DNA of 64,000 nucleotides from a virus. Lineage: Duplodnaviria; Caudoviricetes. Numbering within the stretch: position 1 is the stretch's first letter; each line of letters starts with the position of its first letter. Under the pieces are notes generated by a model. The model made no database searches, had not been told where the DNA came from, and saw only the letters and a list, made by a program, of their open reading frames with translations. This document shows positions 9,765-17,913 of the stretch, in pieces. The position numbers were made by a program, and so were the translations under genes. The DNA lies in IMG/VR virus record IMGVR_UViG_3300037424_001651, positions 1 through 64,000 of that record; one strand, given 5' to 3'.

Positions 9765-10383
9765 TCGTGCGTGGGAGCTGCTCGAACGATTCCTCAAAGA
9801 GCTTGCTGCGGCTTACGTCGCTGACGACGCGCCGACGGGGGATCGCCTCGCGCTTCTCGAACGGGTCCAACGAAAAATGTTGGTGCTTGATCGTGAGTAC
9901 CGCGGCGACGCAGTTACAGTAGTCGCCGCAGTTGAACAGATGCAGGCGAAGATCGAAACAGATGGGGAAGCGACGTGTCCGTGTTGTTCGCGACCTACGA
10001 AGATCCGTCCGCGGACACTTCACGCCGAGATGATCCAGTTCTTGGTCGAGTTGGTAGATCACTATCAGGTAACACAGGATTGGGTGCCTATCAAAAAATT
10101 GTTCACAGGCAAGAGTGGTGATTATGGGAAGTTAGTGCATTGGGAGTTGACAGAGGCGCGAGAAGGGACGCCGGGTTTTTGGCGGCCGACTGCACTTGGT
10201 GTGCAATTCGTTTTGGGGGAAGTCCGTCTTCCCATAACTGCGCACCTCCTTGCTGGTCGCTGTGTCAAACGGACCGGTTCACGCGTATCCATCCGCGACG
10301 TCTTATGCACAGCACCTAGCACAGCCCAAACCAAAATGAACCGAATCATAAAGCAACTTAAACAGGACTTGGTTTCTGTGTGA
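9754..10383 (+). CDS. hypothetical protein with CPCC motif and winged-helix-like region; paralog of 17182
   Basis: CPCC...GDYGKLVHWEL...GFWRPT. Confidence 0.7.
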   Translation: MANDRAWELLERFLKELAAAYVADDAPTGDRLALLERVQRKMLVLDREYRGDAVTVVAAVEQMQAKIETDGEATCPCCSRPTKIRPRTLHAEMIQFLVELVDHYQVTQDWVPIKKLFTGKSGDYGKLVHWELTEAREGTPGFWRPTALGVQFVLGEVRLPITAHLLAGRCVKRTGSRVSIRDVLCTAPSTAQTKMNRIIKQLKQDLVSV

Positions 10384-10490
10384 GTGATATAGCCATCAAT
10401 GGTAGCGCAGCCGTTGGGGCACCCCCCTACGCGTAGTGATGCGTGTTAACGAAGAATAGCTTCGAGGCAAAGATCAAAGGAGTAAAGAAC

Positions 10491-11216
10491 ATGGGAAAAA
10501 CGAAAACGACGTCAGGTAGACTGACTTTTAGTGCGGCTGCGAAGCTGATCGGCGTCGATGAGCAGAGCTTCCGTACACACTACAAACGAATCTGTCCGAA
10601 AGTGGCGGCGTACCCAAAGGAGAAGCGCCCCTACGTTTCTCGGACACGTCTCCTCGCGTGGACGAACGCGGACCCTGAGATCCTCAACGTGTGGCGACAG
10701 GGTCAGACACGGACGGCCTTGACGTTGGCAGCAAAGAAGAAGGACATGGCTAAGGTGACGGTCGCGTCGAAGGCCAAGCCTGCGAAGGCCAAGCCTGCGA
10801 AGGCCAACAAGAAGCCCAAGGTTACCAAAGCCGAGCCGCACCAGTCACCTAAAAAACTGGTAGCGTTCTGTTGGGCTGACCTAGATACGGCGTTGCGGGC
10901 TGTACTTCCGAACGACTCCGCGACAGCAGCAGGCATCCATACGGCTTTCAATAGACTCCTTGCAGCGGATATGCGCATGGTGTGTACGCCACAACTTGTT
11001 ACCGAGACGGTGAAGACAGTTATCACCTACCGAGGCAAGCGTGGTGCTGAACTTGAAGCACTGGTGGCTGACGTGCTAGATCGCGTTCTCGGTGTGCAAG
11101 AGGAACCGCCTTGCTGTTCTGCGATGCGAACAGCAGTGCTGTGTGGGGTCGATTCGGCTGGATGGGCCTTTTGCCCGTATTGTCAGCAACCCTTGGCGAA
11201 AGATGGTGGCGCATGA
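10491..11216 (+). CDS. putative DNA-binding protein (HTH-like N-terminus, AKPAK repeats, C-terminal Zn ribbon)
   Basis: LTFSAAAKLIGV, Lys/Ala-rich repeat, CPYC. Confidence 0.6.
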   Translation: MGKTKTTSGRLTFSAAAKLIGVDEQSFRTHYKRICPKVAAYPKEKRPYVSRTRLLAWTNADPEILNVWRQGQTRTALTLAAKKKDMAKVTVASKAKPAKAKPAKANKKPKVTKAEPHQSPKKLVAFCWADLDTALRAVLPNDSATAAGIHTAFNRLLAADMRMVCTPQLVTETVKTVITYRGKRGAELEALVADVLDRVLGVQEEPPCCSAMRTAVLCGVDSAGWAFCPYCQQPLAKDGGA

Positions 11217-11467
11217 CCACAACGCAGGACAACGAGCAAAACGACGGGAAGGGGTCGGCGCAAAAGATCAAGCGCATGACCGAAGAAACGACACCCGTTC
11301 GCACCGTGGACGACGGCGAGGGGCTGCGCGTTTGCATCATGGGCAACTACAACGAGGCGTGGGTGTCAAAATGGTTACGTGAGTACACCAACCGCCAGTT
11401 CGTGTCTGCGCGCTATGACGAAATTTCCTTCGGAGTCGGCGCAAAGATCAAGGACTTGAACCGCTAG
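11213..11467 (+). CDS. hypothetical protein
   Basis: ATGA overlap. Confidence 0.55.
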   Translation: MTTTQDNEQNDGKGSAQKIKRMTEETTPVRTVDDGEGLRVCIMGNYNEAWVSKWLREYTNRQFVSARYDEISFGVGAKIKDLNR

Positions 11468-11484
11468 TGAATACCTGTTACAGT
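11456..11484 (+). promoter_or_regulatory. sigma70-like promoter upstream of the tRNA cluster
   Basis: TTGAAC-17 nt-TACAGT. Confidence 0.5.
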
Positions 11485-11521
11485 CCTCCCGTCTCAAGCA
11501 GACAGCTAGCGGAGGGACACC

Positions 11522-11710
11522 ATGTCCGACTACAGCTACGAATACACGAGCGTGAAGGGTAACTCACGCGGCCTCGGCAAGTCCGAGGCAGCCAGACGTG
11601 TAGGTGGTCGGCTGGCCCTCCGAAGGCGCATCTCCGACGCCCGACGACAAAGGCGCGCCAGCGCGACATCAGTCTCCGGCGGCAAGGTCACCGTACAACA
11701 AAGACCCTGA
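11522..11710 (+). CDS. small basic hypothetical protein
   Basis: SD GGAGG + ATG. Confidence 0.5.
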   Translation: MSDYSYEYTSVKGNSRGLGKSEAARRVGGRLALRRRISDARRQRRASATSVSGGKVTVQQRP

Positions 11711-11726
11711 CCGACGCCGGTAGTTC

Positions 11727-11802
11727 TGGGGCGTCGTCCAGTTGGTAGGACGCGACACTTTGGATGTCGATGTCGCAGGTTCGAGTCCTGCCGCCCCAGC
11801 CA
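11727..11802 (+). tRNA. tRNA-Gln(TTG) with CCA
   Basis: TGGGGCG/CGCCCCA, G73, CGACA-CTTTGGA-TGTCG, encoded CCA. Confidence 0.95.
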
Positions 11803-11810
11803 CAAAATCT

Positions 11811-11885
11811 GGACCCGTAGCACAACGGATAGTGTGGCGGCCTCCGAAGCCGTGGATACAGGTTCAAGTCCTGTCGGGTTCACCA
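11811..11885 (+). tRNA. tRNA-Arg(CCG) with CCA
   Basis: GCGGC-CTCCGAA-GCCGT arm, A20, TTCAAGT T-loop. Confidence 0.93.
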
Positions 11886-11886
11886 T

Positions 11887-11960
11887 GGGCCACTAGCTCA
11901 TCTGGATAGAGCACAAAATTCCTAATTTTGGGGTGGCCGGTTCGACTCCGGCGTGGCCTA
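11887..11960 (+). tRNA. tRNA-Arg(CCT)
   Basis: CAAAA-TTCCTAA-TTTTG arm, A20, TTCGACT T-loop. Confidence 0.93.
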
Positions 11961-11966
11961 CTGAAT

Positions 11967-12040
11967 GGACCCGTAGCTTAACTGGATCAAGCGCCGCACT
12001 ACGGATGCGGAGACTGGAGGTTCGAGTCCTCTCGGGTCTA
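11967..12040 (+). tRNA. tRNA-Arg(ACG)
   Basis: CCGCA-CTACGGA-TGCGG arm, A20. Confidence 0.94.
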
Positions 12041-12044
12041 CTGA

Positions 12045-12127
12045 GGGAGCGTTGGCGAATGGATTACGCCCCTGGATTTCTAATCCAGCGCCGAGAGGCA
12101 TTCCCGGTTCGAGTCCGGGCGCTCCTA
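12045..12127 (+). tRNA. tRNA-Arg(TCT) with long variable arm
   Basis: CTGGA-TTTCTAA-TCCAG arm; 14-nt variable region CGCCGAGAGGCATT. Confidence 0.85.
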
Positions 12128-12134
12128 CTACGAC

Positions 12135-12163
12135 TTGCACTGGTATAACAGACGTGCTAGGGT
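12135..12163 (+). promoter_or_regulatory. sigma70-like promoter
   Basis: TTGCAC-17 nt-TAGGGT. Confidence 0.5.
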
Positions 12164-12170
12164 AGCCTGC

Positions 12171-12419
12171 ATGAACGACACTGAAAGACTCAACTGGTTG
12201 GAGAAGCAGGACGGCGCAGGCGTCATCAGCGACGACAACGGACGCTGGGCTGTACCGGACAGCGGCTTCCAGAACTTGCAAGACGATGAGGGGAACTTCA
12301 TCACGGATCAAGCCATCGACGTGGAAAGCATGTTCCTGATTCCGGCGGCGTTCTGGAAGCCCAGTCTCCGCGAAGCCATCGACGACGCGGTGCGGCGCGC
12401 GCAAGACGAGGCGGACTGA
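12171..12419 (+). CDS. hypothetical protein
   Basis: Coding-like, TGATG coupling. Confidence 0.65.
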   Translation: MNDTERLNWLEKQDGAGVISDDNGRWAVPDSGFQNLQDDEGNFITDQAIDVESMFLIPAAFWKPSLREAIDDAVRRAQDEAD

Positions 12420-12700
12420 TGAAAGTGCTAACATGGGGCGGCCTATTCGCCCACGTAGACAAACAGTGCAACTTCCATTACGAAGGCGAGAAGAACGCGG
12501 ACAACTTCCGGTGGACCTGCCACCACGATCTGCGCTTCGCCAAGACATTCTGCGAGGAGAAGGGTGTTGCTTGGACACAGGTGAAGACGCGGCTGCACGA
12601 CACTGGTGGCTTCTGTGACTGCGAGATCCTTTTTAACACAGTCGAGCACTTCTCGGAGGCCGAGGAGGCGGAGCCGCTGCCTTTGCTGGCTTCGGCATAA
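12419..12700 (+). CDS. DUF2695-like protein
   Basis: CHHDLRFAK...GGFCDCEILFN. Confidence 0.75.
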   Translation: MKVLTWGGLFAHVDKQCNFHYEGEKNADNFRWTCHHDLRFAKTFCEEKGVAWTQVKTRLHDTGGFCDCEILFNTVEHFSEAEEAEPLPLLASA

Positions 12701-12712
12701 CGGGGGAGCGGC

Positions 12713-13057
12713 ATGACACCAGAAGACCAAGAGAAGATGGATGGTTCGCCAGCACGCGTCTTCGCAGTGCCGGTCAGCAATGACGACACGTGCGACGATA
12801 CCTACGCCGGGCACCACAGTCACTACATCGACATCAAGTTCCAGCTTGGCCCTTGCGGTGAGGTCGGCGTGAACGGTTGCAGCATCCGCGATGTGATTCG
12901 CGTCCTCGGCGACAGGTTGGAAGGCTTCCAACGAGGGCCGTTCAAGTGCCGAGAGAACGCGCTGGCCATCACCAAGTTGCAAGAGGCGCAGCGCTGGCTC
13001 GCGCACCGTACCGAGGAACGGATGCAGCGAGGCGTCAAGGGCCGCAACGAGCCATGA
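12713..13057 (+). CDS. tad1: Tad1-family anti-Thoeris/CBASS signal sponge
   Basis: IKFQxG...DRLxxFQxGPFxCRENAxAITKLxEAxxWxxxRxEERxxRGVxG matches the Tad1 pattern as recalled. Confidence 0.82.
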   Translation: MTPEDQEKMDGSPARVFAVPVSNDDTCDDTYAGHHSHYIDIKFQLGPCGEVGVNGCSIRDVIRVLGDRLEGFQRGPFKCRENALAITKLQEAQRWLAHRTEERMQRGVKGRNEP

Positions 13058-13653
13058 GCGACACCTTCTTGTCCCGGCCCTGCCTTGATGAGGGTAAACA
13101 GCGCAGTCTTTATATCGCGTGTATGCCCGGTATGTCTGCGAGTGTCGATGTGAAGGGATCGTTCTTCCGTCCGATCTTGCGGGGGCTTCTCAAGGAGATG
13201 CAGGTCACGGCGCATTTTATCCGTTCTTGCGATCCTTCAATCAAGCAAACCAAGCGGTTCATTGAAAGAAATGGTAGTGTTGACCTTGGTCGCGCGCTGT
13301 TGCTTGTGGCGAAGAGCTTTGGGGGCGTGCGTATGCTCGTGGACGTCATCCCACATACGAAGGTTCAGTATGGGCGCGTGGCTCTTTTGAGTATTGATCC
13401 GTACGGGAAAGGTTATAGCTTGCATCGCAAGCCTATTATCTTACCGAAGTGGTGGTACAGCGACCCTTACGCCAAGGCAGTTAATTTCTATCAGGACAAC
13501 AAGGGCTTTCGTGGGGCGAAGGTCGTTGGTGCGGCCAACAAGAAACTGAGCTGCTTCCCGGACGGGGAGAAGGTCGCGCACATGAACATCGTTTTTCACC
13601 CCGCGGTCAAAGAGGCTGCGTCTGGCTTAGTGGCGTGGTTGTTGGAGCGGTAG
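13054..13653 (+). CDS. basic hypothetical protein
   Basis: ATGA overlap at 13054. Confidence 0.55.
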   Translation: MSDTFLSRPCLDEGKQRSLYIACMPGMSASVDVKGSFFRPILRGLLKEMQVTAHFIRSCDPSIKQTKRFIERNGSVDLGRALLLVAKSFGGVRMLVDVIPHTKVQYGRVALLSIDPYGKGYSLHRKPIILPKWWYSDPYAKAVNFYQDNKGFRGAKVVGAANKKLSCFPDGEKVAHMNIVFHPAVKEAASGLVAWLLER

Positions 13654-13742
13654 TGGATTATCGCTATACGAAGGGGACGCCTCCGAAGAAACGTGGCGAG
13701 GACTGGTTCAGTGTTGTAGATCTTGGCGTGAAGGAGTGAATG

Positions 13743-14066
13743 ATGCGTAGAAAGAAGAAGCCAACACCCCGTCCGGTTATACGAAACGTGACGCGGTGCG
13801 TACCTAATAAGCCGCGTGTCTTTGGGCAGTCTACTGTTGGATATGGGCCGCCTTACAGATTAGCCTAGAGGATCGACGTCGTCAAGGTCACGTGCGAGGA
13901 TACAAGCTTGAAGGAGTACAAGACAGTCAAGCGCGTCATTGCTAAAGATTCGTATGTACTTTTGCGCAAGACTGACGACAGCCATATCCTCATTCCTTGG
14001 TAGCAAATTGTTGTGCTTGAGATTATGTATAAAGGAGTAGTGAACGAAGAGGAGGAGGGCGCATGA
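13743..14066 (+). pseudogene. ORF interrupted by two in-frame TAG codons (13866, 14001)
   Basis: SD AAGGAG + ATG; one frame to a TGA overlapping the next ATG. Confidence 0.5.
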
Positions 14067-14422
14067 AACGCGGACCATTCGGCACCCAGATGGGTGGAGG
14101 CTTTGGCGGTAGCTTCGGCAACGATCAACAACGTCCCGAAGTTCCATGGGGCACGTCCACCGGAATCGCGTGCAACACGTGCGGCAAGCCTATCCGTTTC
14201 GGCCGTGAGACGCATCGTCAGGGCAACGCTTTCACTTCCGGCCGTTGGAAGATCACGTGCCCGGGTCGGTTCTGCACGACGGACCACGTGATCACGGACG
14301 CCGAAGCAAATGCGTTGCGCGTAGCGATGGCCAACGGAGATCCGCGCAACGTCTGTCTCATGCTGCGCCAGATTGCGCGCTGGACCTACCCGTACAAGGA
14401 CTTGGAGAAATTGATGGCATGA
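14063..14422 (+). CDS. Zn-binding hypothetical protein
   Basis: SD GGAGG; CxxC and CPGRFC. Confidence 0.65.
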   Translation: MKRGPFGTQMGGGFGGSFGNDQQRPEVPWGTSTGIACNTCGKPIRFGRETHRQGNAFTSGRWKITCPGRFCTTDHVITDAEANALRVAMANGDPRNVCLMLRQIARWTYPYKDLEKLMA

Positions 14423-14664
14423 CCGATATTTATTCGTGTCCTGTGTGCAAGGAACGCCGTGGGTGTAACGTGCAGCAATACGGACCACGCAAGATGCAGA
14501 TCTGGACGCTGTGCTGCTCGAAGTGCGGGTACAATTATGTGTGGGTGGATCAGAAAGCACAGAACGTGCTTGATGCGTACAATCAAGCAGTGCGCTGGAC
14601 TGAGGAACACAATGCAAAATTCACAGGGCAAGGTGACGCGCCAACAAGCCGTGAAGGTACGTGA
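14419..14664 (+). CDS. Lar-like Zn-ribbon hypothetical protein
   Basis: CPVC...CSKCG, A..AWN-like tail. Confidence 0.45.
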   Translation: MTDIYSCPVCKERRGCNVQQYGPRKMQIWTLCCSKCGYNYVWVDQKAQNVLDAYNQAVRWTEEHNAKFTGQGDAPTSREGT

Positions 14665-14900
14665 AGTTGTCAGGGTGCACGGCGTCAACCGGATCGGTTG
14701 CAGTGCGTTCCAAATGGTAGATGGCCCTGATGCTGGTCGGTGGTGTGGTATAGGTTGTGAGTTTGCAAGTCGTTCGCTCGGGGACTGCCTATTCACGACA
14801 CAACCCATAAGTTATCCTACCCGTGAACGTGCAGCACAAGGCGCGCTGAATTTGCTAGCGCGTATTGTGGCAGGTAGGGAAGACGTGATCGAGGAGAAGG

Positions 14901-15113
14901 GTGATGAAGGTTGAGTGGTGGGACCAGTTCGAGGTTGAGGTGGCAGGTGCGTCTTACCTGTTCGATTTTGGCCGGGCCGAGTCTGGCACCTTCATCGCAA
15001 CCAACGGCGAGTTGAAATTCACGGTCGAAGGAGACACGTTGGCTGAGTGTCGTGAGGTAGCGCGCGAGGCCGTGATCTTGCTGTTGGAGGATGTGCGTGA
15101 AGTTGAAGCTTGA
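14901..15113 (+). CDS. small acidic hypothetical protein
   Basis: SD GAGGAG. Confidence 0.55.
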   Translation: MMKVEWWDQFEVEVAGASYLFDFGRAESGTFIATNGELKFTVEGDTLAECREVAREAVILLLEDVREVEA

Positions 15114-15753
15114 CCTGTCGGATCCGGAAGTCCGTAGCATTTGGGAAACAGTGTTGGAGGCACGCAAGCGTGTCGCGAATTGGCCTGCGTGGAAAAGAGG
15201 AGAAGACATGGTTGATCAGAACATACCGCCAAAGGCGTTGGAGTACGCGAAGGAAGTTGTGGAGCGCATCAAGAACGCGCCGCCTCTTCCGGACTTATCA
15301 GAGGAGGAGCGCACTCAGAAGGGCCACGAACTCTTCGAGTACGAGGGTACGAAGTTCAAGCGCTTCCAATTGTTCCGTCCCTTTGTCTGGGCATCTGACC
15401 TGGCCGGTGTCGGCCCAGGTTCTGATGATTACATGCGCGTTGGCTACATTGATGAGAAGGGCCGCCGCTGTCATCGTCCCATGCACAAACAGGACTTTCG
15501 CGCCCTTTTCGTGGAGGCGTCGGTACACCAGATGGATTACAAGGCTGCGTGGCAGGAGCTGTACGCCGAGGTTTTCGAGGCGGCGTGGCAGCCTCGCGAT
15601 GTGAACTTTCTAGCGGATTATTTGTTGGATATGCTGATCGAGATCGGCGCGAAGCATGGCGGCCCGACCATGGATGCGCTGGCTAATGGTACTGCCACGG
15701 CCGAGGTGCACGCCAAGCACAAGGATTTGCATGTCGGAAGCCCTGTTGAGTAA
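15091..15753 (+). CDS. hypothetical protein
   Basis: ORF track; start uncertain. Confidence 0.55.
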   Translation: MCVKLKLDLSDPEVRSIWETVLEARKRVANWPAWKRGEDMVDQNIPPKALEYAKEVVERIKNAPPLPDLSEEERTQKGHELFEYEGTKFKRFQLFRPFVWASDLAGVGPGSDDYMRVGYIDEKGRRCHRPMHKQDFRALFVEASVHQMDYKAAWQELYAEVFEAAWQPRDVNFLADYLLDMLIEIGAKHGGPTMDALANGTATAEVHAKHKDLHVGSPVE

Positions 15754-16227
15754 AAATCCGCACATGTGGTTTGAGGCTCTCGACGCGCCAGGTACGCCGC
15801 TGGATCGCAGGCGGTGGCAATGTTGTTGGTGTTACATGGTGGGTACGCACGACGAGTTGCAGGCGCAAGCGTGTATGCATGTCTACCCGCCGTGCCCGTA
15901 CTGCGGCCAGACGCCCGAGTGCGCATCGGACTGCGAAGGAATCGCACTTGCTTTTTCTGGTGAGCATCCCGACCTCGGGCCTGGTACCAAGGTCCATGTG
16001 GCAGGCATGTTTCCAGGGCAGAAGATCCGCGCGCCCGCCCGTCGGTGCCGGTGAGCACGATGCCCGCGAATGGGTGATCACTCTTTATCTTGGATGGCGG
16101 GTATACTGTGCGTGGAAACGGTGTCCCGCTTCGGGGTTTTGGGGCGAGTTCTACAACGAGAAAGATCGTTTCAAGGAGTGGTGTGAGGCTGTGAGGTAGT
16201 GGCGATCACCGATCAGAGGGGGACAAG

Positions 16228-16500
16228 ATGAGCGACGGTGGAGAACGTCTCAAGGAATTGTTGCTCCAGGCAGCAGTTGTTGCCCATGAGAATGACATTT
16301 CGTTCGTGACCGCTTTTGTAGGGCCAGACGATCCTCTAGACGTAATTCTAGATCCGGTCAGCGCGTCCGAAGAATTTATTCTCTGCAAAGCGATAGAAGT
16401 CACGGTTGCTGGTCGTGCGCTTCGCGCAACTATCGGTGGTGAAGCGGGAGACATTACTACAGCGGCTTCTTTTCTCGATGAAGCCAACGGCAAAGCGTGA
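16228..16500 (+). CDS. hypothetical protein
   Basis: SD GAGGGGG + ATG. Confidence 0.55.
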   Translation: MSDGGERLKELLLQAAVVAHENDISFVTAFVGPDDPLDVILDPVSASEEFILCKAIEVTVAGRALRATIGGEAGDITTAASFLDEANGKA

Positions 16501-16509
16501 GGTAATGCC

Positions 16510-16695
16510 ATGAGCGAAGATCAATTAAGTTCGGCCGTCCGAAACTGGACCACTGTCATTGGCCTATTGATGGTGATCGTGCCGCTGCTCATCGGCGGGG
16601 TCGTAGCTGTACTGCTCGGTCTGGGTGCGTGCTCGGCTTGCACGTCTGCGTGCGTGGGCTGTGCACTGATAGCCTCTGAAGAACCGGAGGAATGA
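16510..16695 (+). CDS. small membrane protein
   Basis: Long hydrophobic stretch. Confidence 0.55.
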   Translation: MSEDQLSSAVRNWTTVIGLLMVIVPLLIGGVVAVLLGLGACSACTSACVGCALIASEEPEE

Positions 16696-16877
16696 TCTCA
16701 TGCGAGCCAAGACTACAGGGCAGTCGTGACGGTGGCCATTTTCTACATCGCCGCACGCGATACCATTCGAGAGTTCATCAACAAGAGTGGTGTGGCAGGC
16801 ATCTTCACGCTGGCACTTCTCGGTGTGACCGCCCAGATTTGGCCACTGCACTCAAACGTGTCGAGGTTCTACAACTG

Positions 16878-17192
16878 ATGGCGATTGAGTGCGCATGCAG
16901 CATCGACATGGATGGCGACTGTTACGGACCGAGCTTCTTCGACGAGCGCTTCCCGAAGGCGCGCAAGGAACATCGTTGTTGCGAGTGTGGCGAAGCTATC
17001 CAGCCCGGCGAGACGTACGAGTACGTCAAAGGGTGCTGGGACGGTGAGTTCAGCGTGTACAAGACGTGCATGACGTGCCGCGCCATCCGCCATGACTACT
17101 GCTGTACGTGGGTCTACGGTGAGCTACGCGAGGCGATGTGGGAAGCCTTTGATTTTGACTACGTAACCGGGGAGGCACGCGATGACGACTGA
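16878..17192 (+). CDS. Zn-finger phage protein
   Basis: ARKEHRCCECG...KTCMTC. Confidence 0.7.
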   Translation: MAIECACSIDMDGDCYGPSFFDERFPKARKEHRCCECGEAIQPGETYEYVKGCWDGEFSVYKTCMTCRAIRHDYCCTWVYGELREAMWEAFDFDYVTGEARDDD

Positions 17193-17850
17193 CCGCGAAG
17201 AATGGGGCTATCGCTGGGCATGGGATGAACTCACCAAGGAACTGGATGGCCGGATCGAGTGCTACAATGGTAAAGAAGCCGGGCTGCACCAAGAAGCTCG
17301 GGGCTGGTTGGCGTGCCTGCGTCACATGCGCCGCAAGGCCAAGGTGTTGGAGCGTCGGATGCGGCGCGAAGGCGCGACCGTGGCGCTCGGCGCTGTCGTG
17401 GAGGAGATGTGGGCAGCTCTCAAAGATGATGGCGAGACGTCCTGTCCGTGCTGTGGGCGGCACATGCAGGTGTACAACCGCAACATCTATCGCGGGATGG
17501 CCATTTTCCTCATCTGGCTTGTCCACCAGTATGAGTCCGGACACGAGTGGGTCCACATCAGCAAGTTCCCGCGGAGCCGGAGCGGCGATTACGCCAAGCT
17601 CATGTATTGGAACCTCATCGAGCCGCGGCCGAAGGAAGACGATCACGAGAAGCGCGACAGCGGGTACTGGCGGCCTACCGAGGATGGCATTCGGTTCGCC
17701 CACTGTCACCTCGCGGTGCCCAAATACGCCCTCGTCTTCGATGGGGAGGTACAGGGGTTTGCTGGCGGGGGCGTCTTCATCCGAGATACGCTTGGGACGC
17801 GTTTTGACTACGATGAGATAACGTGTAAGATCGCGGCAGGTAAGATTTGA
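17182..17850 (+). CDS. hypothetical protein; paralog of 9754
   Basis: CPCC...GDYAKLMYWNL...GYWRPT. Confidence 0.75.
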   Translation: MTTDREEWGYRWAWDELTKELDGRIECYNGKEAGLHQEARGWLACLRHMRRKAKVLERRMRREGATVALGAVVEEMWAALKDDGETSCPCCGRHMQVYNRNIYRGMAIFLIWLVHQYESGHEWVHISKFPRSRSGDYAKLMYWNLIEPRPKEDDHEKRDSGYWRPTEDGIRFAHCHLAVPKYALVFDGEVQGFAGGGVFIRDTLGTRFDYDEITCKIAAGKI

Positions 17851-17882
17851 GCGCACGGTAGCGCATTGTGATAGATTAGAGC

Positions 17883-17911
17883 TTGACAGCGCATTTAGCG
17901 GAAGATAGGGT
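17883..17911 (+). promoter_or_regulatory. sigma70-like promoter
   Basis: TTGACA-17 nt-TAGGGT. Confidence 0.6.
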
Positions 17912-17913
17912 GG

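Noticed and set aside
12045-12127. Amber suppressor reading (CTA inside the anticodon loop)
   Set aside because: The 5-bp stem and 7-nt loop TTTCTAA place TCT at positions 34-36; CTA is off register.
11478-12148. ORFs over the tRNA cluster
   Set aside because: Translations such as GRQDSNLR and GLEPV are typical artefacts of reading tRNA genes.
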